Origin: Monocercomonoides exilis PA203
Lineage: Eukaryota > Protista > Preaxostyla
Direction of reading: 5' to 3'
DNA length: 64,000 bases
Assembly (NCBI GenBank): GCA_001643675.2
Contig: LSRY02000040.1
Coordinates: forward strand, 186,001-250,000
Shown here: in pieces, positions 52,701 through 62,689 of the stretch
How the letters are laid out: every line of letters begins with the position of its first letter
How positions within the stretch are numbered: the stretch's first letter is position 1
Program-made: the position numbers and the translations under genes
The notes under the pieces: generated by a model
The model's input: only the letters and a program-made list of their open reading frames with translations
Told to the model about the DNA's origin: nothing
Databases searched by the model: none

Positions 52701-52956
52701 AAGGAATGATGAAAGTGAAAAAAACGGCGTGCAACCAGAAAATGTGCAGCAGTCTGAGCGACTTGAAGTTGGGGAAGAAGAGAATGATGGAAAGGAGAAA
52801 GGAGATAAAAATAAAAAAGAAAAAGACAATAAAGAAATAGAAAAAGAAGAAAAAGAAATAATTAATAAGGAAGAAGAAGGCAACAAGATAAATAAAGATG
52901 TTGGAGATAACAACGAAATAACTGAACGTTCTGAAAAAAGAGAAAAAGATAAATGA
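49798..52956 (+). CDS. 1,052-aa protein: DIRS gag-like N-terminal domain fused to a long acidic, low-complexity C-terminus
   Basis: Uninterrupted ORF. Residues ~68-195 align with the gag-like ORF of the DIRS relic at about 9930-10310. No RT, RNase H or YR motifs follow. Confidence 0.75.
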   Translation: MEVSTAGPASGLSGNFTLGGSTGSVGLSQPTSSSGTLASDQFPATSQPAPADRTESQVLSFSSLCAALFNDKINSSVYDFHTDSADLETTVEQYESFVCTPFIPIITRPHARSSNLQRDALDSSGYRVERYLITALKALILSRSEGEASKEKTIDAMLLIVAALQEARHTRIQADIGYDAVRSLKEDQENSLVSSEILSKITPILEARKTRREVDEAAVPVDDGLNDVVDRSPSPTDSSSSFSSSSCSTCSGSSSPSPSPSSSSSSSSSSRSSDPDAHSSYDQEGCRDSRSIRDFDDMQHNTCADETASSRNATCGSSIPATSATSASSASAAYSVASAGSATSDYSVALDAPGAQRMNNIQRSVSVPLDEREKKEWNLSVSGEVPFMHRSQSYGELSNLRHEYPSDGLLVYSGCIKFLSFSSPPGGVFQLGKKDENSEVKRCEEDEAFFSKPLVALQQKDFMELIKYALSLARMLAREKKRREAELIAEHMAEKRNYGFQNTDDYQQKEESYEEENDKTEFNKINAINRNMGGDHPEERQEMSQVAVMRTSQTANEEQESRNTAEPSAASYDVAQMPRSTDVNEMLMEQSIFPRYTQVSDESFLLMFPFVDKEEMKKIISQEMLNSRDDPIDNYLPAEKDYEYSMGLNARFFNEAMRQDQVENEQNTDVQKEIEMTRYEGIVHSCQVDGDGNGDENENENGIRDGGGGGGGNVDNDVRTEQGVASQSKAFQSESSAEDTDALKKKTQSNENNEGNDGNGNNATEETIDTDHSSSSSTSSLMPRVVKEDISQTQFVDDCPTDYSCQLQSKDIQPDDLSLISPRKQKVFCEYIDVDFSGQQNQCCCTNNPIPEDPTDIKICSPGSYSPSLSPSQSLSLSTSPSLSLSRCLSPLTCLSLSNDASQNFKTCTSNENSFVSLYRKCDLHSKFVQSLSPSDKDEPDFTEGSTDLLQLLVTKEQKYFDKDAVIERNDESEKNGVQPENVQQSERLEVGEEENDGKEKGDKNKKEKDNKEIEKEEKEIINKEEEGNKINKDVGDNNEITERSEKREKDK

Positions 52957-54306
52957 ACAAAAGATGAAGAAGTGGAAAAAACGAATGAAAATTTAAAGAA
53001 GAAAGAAGAAATCGAACATATGGATGAACATTGACTTCCTAAACGAAACTGAGAAAGAAAGAAATCATCCTGAATTATTTTTATTATTTTATTGTGTTTA
53101 AGATAGATGGTGCATTCAACAGCAGCAATCTTGTAGCAAGCGCAATTATGAAAGGAAGTTTAAAAGGTGTGAATTTTTTTGGGGGAGTTATCACGTACAA
53201 AATTAATGTATATTTCCTTCCACCTTTCCATTCTCCTTGTAATTCGGCTCAAAGTGATTTTAGTGAGATTTATTTATTTTTATTCATTTACGTTTATACT
53301 TTATGATAATTTGTTGTCTTTTGCACAAAAAGAAAGTCAAATATAAAGAAAGAAATATTATTAGAGAGACAAATAAATAAATATCAACTTGCTGAGTACA
53401 AAAAAAAGTGAATTTAAGTTTTGTTTTACGTTGGTTATGTTTTTTGTTCAAATTATGAGATTCTATGTCTTATCATATCACTTTTCTATTTGACTTTTCT
53501 CCTTTTTTTTAACGTTCTCTTCAACTTTTATTTGATATACATTGGACAGCTGGGGAAATCTGTGTGATAAAATGCCTTTTTTTTGAGTAAAGGTAGATGA
53601 TCACAGATAGGTGAAGCTGTAAATTGTATTTTTGATATTGCATATTTGAAATGAAGAACTTTCTTAGAAACTTACTTTGAGTTGTTTTCGATCGTTCTAT
53701 ATTTCTGTGCTTTTTTGTAGTTTTGGCTTTCAAATTATTAAGAATTTTATGTTGTCTTGTTCATTGCACTTCACATTGCACATTGAAAATGCACTTTATT
53801 TGGAAGCTTTTTTTCCCAAGAAATATAACAATAAATAATTTATCATGTTAGAAACAACACGGAAATATTCGCAAACTAATTTTTATTTTACAATAACAAT
53901 TCCTTAAATACACTGAAAGCACATCGACTCAAAAAACCATCATTCAAAATTACTTGTGACTCATCATTTATTTCAGACTTTTTCGATTAAAGAATCAAAA
54001 AGGGGATATGGATGATCCTTTTTGAAATCACACTTAAGTTCGAGTTTTACTCAGAATTTTAATATCATTGGGATTTTGAAAAATTGAGTTTGAACTGAAA
54101 ATACTTATTATTCATGATGTTGTTATTGCATAAACAAAATTTTAACAAAAATCCCATTGAAAAAAAAATTATGATCAAAACTCGAACGAAAGAATGATTT
54201 CAAAAAGGATCTGCCATATATTCAATTTTGTGACAAGCCTGATATTTTTTTTTTTTTTTTTTTGTGTTTGTTTACAACTCTTTCAACAAATCCTTTTCAC
54301 ATTGTA

Positions 54307-56860
54307 CAGTCGGTGCCAAAGCCGATCCTTGGTGCGAAACCCGAACCAAAAGAGGAAGAGAGAATGCAATCATTTTTCGAAGTTGTTTAATATTTCTTCA
54401 ATTAAAGACTAAATATATTTAACTATTCGTTGAAACCAGGTATTTGGCAACAGAGTTATTAATTTTCAAATGAAATAATAAAAAAAGAAAATACATATTG
54501 TTTTTGTATTATTATTTGTTTAGTGAAAAATAATCGATATGAAGCAATTCTTTAAAAAGAAAATTTCAAATATATTCGTCAAAAAGGTATGAAGGCTAGA
54601 ATTTTATGCTGCAGTTGTATTTAGAGTAGTATGTTTCTCTAATGCGTTTCTCTTTCGAATTAAATGAAGGAGAAATTTCTCTGGGAGGATGATCGAAATA
54701 TTTTATTTCATCACTTGAAGTCAATTTCTCTTCTTTTTCATCGTCTTTGAGTATTTCAATTACTCTCTTTGCTTTTTTTCTCAAAGATTTTTTTTCCTTT
54801 GCTGGTTCTTTATTCAACATTTCATTAAGTTCTTGCCTACTATGTTTATTCTTTGGTTTCTTTTCAGAAGAAGATGAAGTTGGTTTTCTAATTTTCGTCA
54901 GCTGGTTTTGAAGAAAGTGCAAATGCTCTTTTGTCGATTCAATTTGTTTCATAAGCTCTGAATCATCCATCTCTTTTGCTTCTTCTGATGATTTTTCTTC
55001 AGTGGAGTTTTCGTCAGTTGAAAATTTTGTTGTTGAATTTATGCTGTGATCATCGATCAATGTTGGGCGTTCTTTTGTTTTTTCAGAATCGTGGAGAGAT
55101 GAATGTTTTGAAGATTGCAAAGTAGATAATTGTTTATCACTATGAGGAGAATAATTTCCAAACAACTCTTCTCTCCAATCTTGCGAAGAAACTGAAGTAT
55201 TAGAATTGCATTTGTGATTTTGGATGGGAGATCCAGATATGCGATCCAAAACTGGAGCAGCTGCAACAGGCCATACGCCTGTTTTTATGAACGCTGCTTT
55301 TATAGTCGATGGCATAATCGCAGCAGCAACCGCCTCGGGGAGTGTTTCTGCAAGGGAAGATCTGTAGGAATGTATCGAAAACGGTGTAGGAACGTGAAAT
55401 TTATTGTAAAGAGTTGTTTTCAAACGAGAAAAGATGCACGAGTCGCACGGTTGTAATAGATGGGTCATATTCTGTGGAAAACACTTCAAAATGATATTGT
55501 GTTTCTCTGCAAAATCTGCAACAGAATTGTCTGAATGAGTTCCATGATTATCCATTAGGAACAGGGCTTTATGTGTCGATGTTGGCTCAACTTTTGAGAC
55601 AATCGCTGGTATCCAAAAATTGATCATGATGTTTTTAAATATTTCTTTTGTTATCCAACCGGATGAAGAAGGAAGAACTTTGATGTCGAATGCAGAAAGT
55701 GATGAAAATTCTTGTGGTAAATTTTTCATGGGCCAAAGAAGAAATCGTTGCAGTGAAGAACCATCTGCACAGACACACAGACACAAAGTTGAATTAGGAA
55801 CTTTTGGAGGAGCTGTTGAAGCAGGCGGAATTTGATTTTTTAGACAAACAACCAGTTTGCTTGTGCTTTCACTTAAATTCAACGAAGATTCATCAAAATT
55901 AAATATACTCGATGAATTAATGTTATTCCTGCTAATTACGTCAGACAATTCTCCAAACCATTGTCTCACATCCTCTGGCGATTGAGCTGCTATTTTTGAT
56001 AACTCATTAGGTCTCGATACTGCTGCATGTATAATTTCACTTCTTTTTAATAGCTTGTATGCATACTTTTCGTTAAGTTTTTTTGGCTCTTTGTTTTCAC
56101 CACATTCTTTTTCGAGAATATCCGCACACTTTGATAATTATTTTTTAAAAGAAAAAAAACAAAAAATAAGCCAAACCATGTTTTGGACGTCATGCACTTT
56201 AATTGTTTCTTTTTCTGATAATTTCACAAGGACTTGATTTTCAATTGTTTCGAGCTGGCGCGCATTAATTGTTAGAGGATGCCCATCTACTCCAACATCT
56301 CTTCCTTCCTTCTCTGCTTTAACCCCTCTGAACCATGCACATTTCGAAATAATGTTTTCACCAACAACGGTTTGCCATTTCAGTGAATAATCACTGCGTA
56401 TAGCAAATATCTTTTTGGTTATCGAAGGAATGGAACGATATTTGCTGGATGCGAGTTGACGATGAAGTTGAAGAGGAGAAAGATATGTTGAGTTACTCAT
56501 GATATATGGGGTATGATCAAATGAATAATCATTGAAACTTTTGATTAGTGATGTATTTGTTAATTTTTATATATTAATAATATATTTTTATTCGCAATAA
56601 CACGAATACAAATATTTGGATTTATTTCTTTTTGTTGTGAACACAAAAAATAAAAGATTCATTGGTTTCAAAAACATCAGCCAATATAATGAATTGTGTT
56701 CTTGTTGTTTCTTTTAATTGATTAATGATTATTTCAGATGCGACTGCCTTGGAAATATCTCTAAAAAATTCAAGATAGAGATAATTTTGCAGAAATGAAC
56801 AAGATCAATGCTTATACAAGGATCGGGTTTCGCACCAAGGATCGGCTTTGGCACCGACTG
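54307..56860 (-). mobile_element. pogo/Tigger-like DNA transposon, apparently intact
   Basis: 38-bp perfect TIR CAGTCGGTGCCAAAGCCGATCCTTGGTGCGAAACCCGA; TA TSD at 54305-06 and 56861-62; intact transposase inside. Confidence 0.96.
54596..56500 (-). CDS. pogo-type DD35D transposase, 618 aa, 2 exons
   Basis: Exon 56500-56177, a 48-nt GT-AG intron (56176-56129) and exon 56128-54596 give an open frame. Motifs FNFDES, LMDNHGTH and QPCD, with 35 residues between the last two Asp. Confidence 0.92.
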
Positions 56861-57528
56861 TAATAGATAAGGACTGTGATTGCAAAAAAGCTTGAAGAGG
56901 ATTTTTTTTAATGACTCCTGAAAGACAAACCTCCAAATTGTTCTCATTCAGACAATTCCATTCCGTAATTACAATGTTTATTAGTGTCAGTAATTTATCG
57001 GTGACCGAAAAATTTATCGTGACCTAAATTTTCTGGCTCTCCAGAGCACTTTTAGAAAAAAATAAATATCAGGAAACCTTCAAAATATTATTATTTACTA
57101 TTCCTTAAAAAATATTTTTTATTTTTTAATTTTAGAAAAAAGATCTGGTATTTTTTGTTTTATTTTTTTAGATCAAAGACTGATTCAAATTTTTTCGAGT
57201 TTTTTGTTTTGAGTGTTTTGAGTTATATCATTATTCATAAACTTAACTTCTTTATAATTTTAGTGATTTTTCATTGTTCAACACTTCGGTTTATTATTAC
57301 TTTTTCCATTTCACTAAATTTCAACAAATTGAAGGTTTTGTTTTCATGGCAACGAATTTTGGAAAGTGGGAACATAAATTTGATCGAAATATGAAATTTT
57401 CATTTTCACCTGAAAATTAAACAAAAGGAACTTTTTTAAAAAATTTAGACATATCGATAATTTCATATTCCATATAATTTTTTTTTTTTTTTTTTTTTTT
57501 GTTCATAAATAAGTTTCTATTCAGAATA

Positions 57529-57977
57529 CAGTCTAAACCGGATATAATCACGCCGAATATAATCACATTCGTATATTGTCATATTTTTCGATGCATCGAC
57601 ATTTTTGGCCTATTTAACATTAAATTTCCATCGCATATAATCATAGGGCTGAAAATATATAATAACATTTTATATTATTATGGGTGATTTGTTAAATGAA
57701 AAATCGGTTTTTTGATCAAAAATTAAAAATTTTCGCTTTTTCAAAAATGTGCTCAAATAAGTCAATGAAATAAACATTTATGTTAAAAATGAATTTCGCA
57801 AGTGAAAAATGCGTTTTTGTGAAGAATTTCCAAAAATAAAAAAATCGACAAAAAATTACATTTTCAAAAATTAATTTTTGTTTTTTTCTGTGTAAAGCAT
57901 CATCGTGTATAATCACAATCGGATATAGTCACAAAAAGTTGTACAAAAACCGATGTGAATATATCCGGTTTTGACTG
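57529..57977. mobile_element. MITE (pogo/Tigger-type CAGT ends), 449 bp
   Basis: TIRs of about 27 bp, CAGTC(T/A)AAACCGGATATA(A/T)TCAC. TA on both sides (57527-28, 57978-79). Internal repeats of ATAATCAC. No coding capacity. Confidence 0.9.
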
Positions 57978-57978
57978 T

Positions 57979-60900
57979 ATATCTCCAAACAAATTATCGC
58001 AATTTCTTTTCGATGAATAAGCAACAACAAAAAATCACCTGGTGATTTTTTTTCCATTTCACATTCTTTCAATCAAAACATTTCGACAGGACAATTTGTT
58101 TGAAAAACAAGGAGATAAATCCAATAAAACAGACAACATTTTTTCCAGTTCCAAGATTTTCTTAAATCTCAAATGAGTTTTTCACAATTCTTGTTGTGTG
58201 TTGAACTATTTTTTTTTTGTATCGATTTTCAAGCCAAGTTCAAAACAAACAAACAAACAAACACACAATACACACATACACTCATATATATGATTGCAAA
58301 AATAATCACCCATATCTTTCCTCAAACTGTGCTTTTGGTTCACACATTTCAATAAAGCAGAATTCAGATCTTTGTATTCTTTGTATTCTTTGAAGATATT
58401 GAAGATCAGTGGCACTTCATTTCGTGAATTCGTTGTTGTGAAAATGCAAAAATTAGCTGTCTTGTTACAAATTTTCGTTTCGTTTATTTTTTTTTTCAAA
58501 CATTCATCCAAATTACAAGATTTCATAAAAAGACCCTGTTTTGTTGTAAATGGAAATTATATAAAAGAAAAATAACAATACAAACAGCAAGCAAAGCAAA
58601 GAAAAGCAAATCAAAAAATTAAAATTAAAATTAAAATTAAAATTAAACAAAAATTAAAATTAAAATTAAATCAAATGAAATTGAATATTACCGCAATTCG
58701 AAAATAAGTCCATATTTAAGAAAAAAATGAATAAGGGAAGGTCATTTTTCTCATAATAAATAAATAAATCAAAATAAAACCCGCGCAAACGAAAAATCAC
58801 TTTTCAAATTTATAACAAGAAAAAAAGATAAAATAAAACGTCAAATACAACCACAACGAGATCTTTCATCTTTCTTTCAATCAATGTTTATAAATTTATC
58901 CTTTTGAATTCCTCTAAACTCGAACGAAACTCACCCATTCTGCTCCAAAGGCTCTTGATTGCCTCAGCTGCTGCCCCAACAAGATTTGGGTCGTGGCGCC
59001 CATCCCTCTTCAGACAAACATCCTGCTGCAACTCTGCCGACTCCCCCATCTCCCCCATCTCCTCCATCTCTTCCATCGCAACAAAAAATCTCGCAAGCCT
59101 CATCAGAGTTTCATCTCCTCGCGATGTACCAGAGAAACGCTCATCCTTTTCCTTTCCTTTTCCCACACTCTGCGACGAACAGGATGCCCTTTCGTTTTCA
59201 ACTTCTTTTTCTTCTTTTTCTTCATTGTCTTTTTCCTCATTGTCTTTTTCTTTCTTTCTTTCTTTCGTTTCATTCAGTTCTATTTGTTCACATGTTTTAT
59301 GATCTGCCTCAGCAGAACATTCACATGAACACTCAGAAGAAGAAAAAGAAGAAGAAGAAAAAGAAGAAGAAGATGATGATGAGTCAGAACAGTTGGATAA
59401 ATATAGAGAAGATGGAGGAGACGGAAAAGATGAGGAAGACAAAGAAGAAGGAAGAGAAAATTGAAGATGGGAGGAAAGAGACAGAGGAGGTGGAGAAAGC
59501 GGAGGAGACAATGGAGGAGACAATGGAGGAGACAATGGAGGAGACAATGGAGGTGAAAAAGGAGATGGAAAAGAAGAAGAAGAAGAAAATGATGATGATG
59601 AAAAGGAGGAAGAGGAAGAGGAAGAGGAATTTGAGGAAGAAGGAGAAAAAGATGAAAGAGAAGGAGAAGGAGAAGGAAATGAAGAAGAAAAAGACGACGG
59701 TGATGAAGCACTGCTAACAGGAAGATATCGAGAAGGGGAAGGAGGAGGAGGAAGAGAAGGAAGAGAAGGAAGAGGAGGAAGAGAAGGAAGAGAAGGAAGA
59801 GAAGGAAGAGAAGGGAGAGAAGGGAAAGAAGGGAGAGGAAGAGGAGAAGATATTGAAGTGGAATGATAATCTCTTAATATTTCTTCGGATTGAAATGCAA
59901 GAGAAGGAGAAGGAGAAGTGAAAGTTGATGAAGAAGAGGAAGAGGAAAAGGAAGAGGAAGAGGAAGAGGAAGAGGAAGAAGAGGAAGAAGAAGAAGAAGA
60001 GGAAGAGGAAGAGGAAGGAACAGAAACAGATGATGACAACCGAAAACAATCTAATTCAGCTGCTCTTTCTCCTCTCGCCTCAGCAATATACCTCTCAGGA
60101 ACATAATTCTTCACAAACTGGTTCAGCTGCAATGCAAAGTCCTTGTGGCTCTCCCACAGCTTGTCGCACTCCTCGCAGAACTCCACACACCCTGCCAGTG
60201 CTGACCGGCGGCTGCTCCATCTCTCCTCCTCCTCTCTCTTCTTCTCCACTATCTCCTTCAAACGATAGAATTTCTCCCTCAGCTCCTTCATGTGCACAGC
60301 ATTCCCCTCCCACTCCTCCCTTTTCTCCTTCAGCTTCTGCACTCGCCCCTTCAGCTTCTCAATCTTCTCCTTGTTTTCCGGGATGTCCCGGCTCGGCGCA
60401 TACAGCTCCACCGTCCCTTTGCACTCGCTCGCATCGCTTCTCACCAGGTGCTTGAACTTCCCTTTCATCACCCCTGCCACCACACTCCCCGCCACCATCG
60501 TCGGATTCGGCGCTTTGTACACCGCCCGAAACACCCCTCCCTCTATCCCCGACCTCTGCTCTTTTTCATCTGAATACGTGTAGCTGTTCCCCGCAATAAA
60601 CTTGAACGTCGTGTTCGCCACTTCGATCCGCTTCTCAAACCGCTTCTGGTTCTGCAGCCGGTTGCTGTGCTTCCGGAAGCTCATCGTCTCGTATTTCACA
60701 ACCTCCTCCGAGTCAAGCCGGCCAATCTCTGCTTCATACTGCTCCTTCAATCGCTCGTACGCATCCATCTCCCCTTCCCCTTCCCCTTCCCCTTCCCTTT
60801 CCTCTTTCCCGTCTCTTCCGCCCTCCCTGCCCCTCCCTTCCCTCCCAATCCGGATTTTCTTCAGCGTGGCCTCCACATCCCTCATGCTCTCGCTCACCAC

Positions 60901-62689
60901 CCCATACCCTCCGCAACACTTGCACTCAAAGTCCCCACACACACCCACCACCTCTTTCAAGCATCTCGGAACCCCCCGCCTCCCTCTCATCGCTCCCACA
61001 AGCAGCCTCAGTGCACCCGCTATTCCCGACACCCCGCCAACAAACTCCTCCGACTCTGCCGTGCTCCCCCCAAGCCAAACACGCTCGGCCCCAACAAAAT
61101 AGTTCGCGTCATGCACCATCGACTTGATCCTTTCCACCGAGTAAAAGTCCACTGGGTCGTAGTACAGCAGCCTTCCGCCTTCAGCCGCCCTTTTCAGCAC
61201 ACACAGCGTCTTCACCTGCCTCAAGCATTTTTCAATGTCTGCCTTCCTCACCAATCCTTCTTCTTCCACTCTGCTTTTCTCAAGCACCGCCATCATCTCC
61301 TTTTCGCTCACCCCTTCCCCACTTCCTTCCCCTTCCCCTTTCTCTTCCCCAAAAAACTTGCCCCGGATTTCCCTCATCTGCTCCCGGTACAGCTTTCCCA
61401 AATCCTCGTGAAGGCGCGCTTGAACCTTCTCGATCAGCACATCTCCAAGCTGCCCGCTGCTTTTCTCTTTCATCGCCCATCTCAACTTGCACTTGTTCGC
61501 AACAAACACTACCGGCAGCTCCCCGTCCTCGCATATCTTGCTTATGAACTCCGCGTCTTCCCTCATTTTCGACACGTTGCACAAATTCTCATATTCCGAA
61601 ACATAAACAACCATCACGTTTTTCGCTTTTCTCCTGTTCGCCTCCATCACCAGCCCGCTCACAATGTCCCCCTCCGCGTCGATGTTCGACCCCACAAACC
61701 CCTTCGTGTCCAGCACAGTCGCCCCGTCCAGCTCGAAGCATTCTGCAAACTGCGTTTCTGAAACAATCCCGTCCCCGATCCTCGGCCCTCTCCCCGCTCC
61801 CCCAACTTTCACCACCTTCCCCTCCCCATTCTCCTCCATCTTCGCCCCCAGCACCGCATTTATCAGCGTGCTCTTCCCGGCCCCGCTCTTTCCAACTACA
61901 ATCACCAAACGCTCATTTCGCGCGCACCCTTCATATTTCCCATTGAACCCGATCAGCACCCCCAGATATTCATTCAGCGAGGATGCCCCCTTCTGCGCCC
62001 TGCCCCGGCCGTCTCCCTGCTGCAAAAGCCGAATCATTTCTCTTGATGATGCAAACAAAAAAAAAAATAAAAAAAAGAAAAGAAATATTAAATTATGTGT
62101 CTTTTCACAAAAAAAAAAATCAAAAAAACAAATTGATGAATATTTGATTGTTATGTTGTGCATAATGCTTTTGTGAATGCATGCGCATGGACAAAGCAGC
62201 GTTATCTTCAAAATGTTTTGTTTTGCTGCAAGCACTTGATATTTCGAGAAATGTCACACAAAATGACTTTTCTCAACGAGGAATAACAGAGAACAAAGGG
62301 ATTTATTGGGGCATTTCTCACCCAAACAATTCACTCCACTCCAAATGTCATTTCACTTCAAAAATCAAAACAATCAAAACACAACATAATCGTTGGACAA
62401 AACAATCCCTTTCAAGACATTCCATCACAGAAAACAAAAAGAAAAAAATTCTTATGAATATTCTTCTTCTTCAAAAAAAAAAAAAAGAAATTAAATCAAA
62501 AATTTAAAATTGCAAGTTAAAAAATTGATTTTTTTTTTTTTTGAAAAAAATTGAAAACAATTCAAATTAGCAAAAAGTGAGAAAATTAAAAGGTCTGAAC
62601 ATCAAAGAATAATAATCTTTTCCCATTAGCTTGCAATGGCTCAATCTGAACACGCTGTCTTCAAATCCTTCTTCTTCCATCTTTTCAAA
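57979..62689 (-). repeat. Right arm of the large inverted duplication (partner 17729-22421)
   Basis: Reverse-complement near identity to the left arm. Confidence 0.95.
58888..62037 (-). CDS. P-loop GTPase, second near-identical copy
   Basis: Same protein as 18373-21516, with a few substitutions and in-frame indels in the Ser/Pro tail. Confidence 0.8.
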   Translation of the reverse strand: MIRLLQQGDGRGRAQKGASSLNEYLGVLIGFNGKYEGCARNERLVIVVGKSGAGKSTLINAVLGAKMEENGEGKVVKVGGAGRGPRIGDGIVSETQFAECFELDGATVLDTKGFVGSNIDAEGDIVSGLVMEANRRKAKNVMVVYVSEYENLCNVSKMREDAEFISKICEDGELPVVFVANKCKLRWAMKEKSSGQLGDVLIEKVQARLHEDLGKLYREQMREIRGKFFGEEKGEGEGSGEGVSEKEMMAVLEKSRVEEEGLVRKADIEKCLRQVKTLCVLKRAAEGGRLLYYDPVDFYSVERIKSMVHDANYFVGAERVWLGGSTAESEEFVGGVSGIAGALRLLVGAMRGRRGVPRCLKEVVGVCGDFECKCCGGYGVVSESMRDVEATLKKIRIGREGRGREGGRDGKEEREGEGEGEGEMDAYERLKEQYEAEIGRLDSEEVVKYETMSFRKHSNRLQNQKRFEKRIEVANTTFKFIAGNSYTYSDEKEQRSGIEGGVFRAVYKAPNPTMVAGSVVAGVMKGKFKHLVRSDASECKGTVELYAPSRDIPENKEKIEKLKGRVQKLKEKREEWEGNAVHMKELREKFYRLKEIVEKKREEEERWSSRRSALAGCVEFCEECDKLWESHKDFALQLNQFVKNYVPERYIAEARGERAAELDCFRLSSSVSVPSSSSSSSSSSSSSSSSSSSSSSFSSSSSSSTFTSPSPSLAFQSEEILRDYHSTSISSPLPLPSFPSLPSLPSLPSLPSLPPLPSLPSLPPPPSPSRYLPVSSASSPSSFSSSFPSPSPSLSSFSPSSSNSSSSSSSSFSSSSFSSSSSFPSPFSPPLSPPLSPPLSPPLSPPLSPPPLSLSSHLQFSLPSSLSSSSFPSPPSSLYLSNCSDSSSSSSSFSSSSFSSSECSCECSAEADHKTCEQIELNETKERKKEKDNEEKDNEEKEEKEVENERASCSSQSVGKGKEKDERFSGTSRGDETLMRLARFFVAMEEMEEMGEMGESAELQQDVCLKRDGRHDPNLVGAAAEAIKSLWSRMGEFRSSLEEFKRINL

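Noticed and set aside
17729-62689. Polinton/Maverick or endogenous giant virus bounded by the outer inverted repeats
   Set aside because: No pPolB, integrase, packaging ATPase or capsid genes were recognised in the interval.
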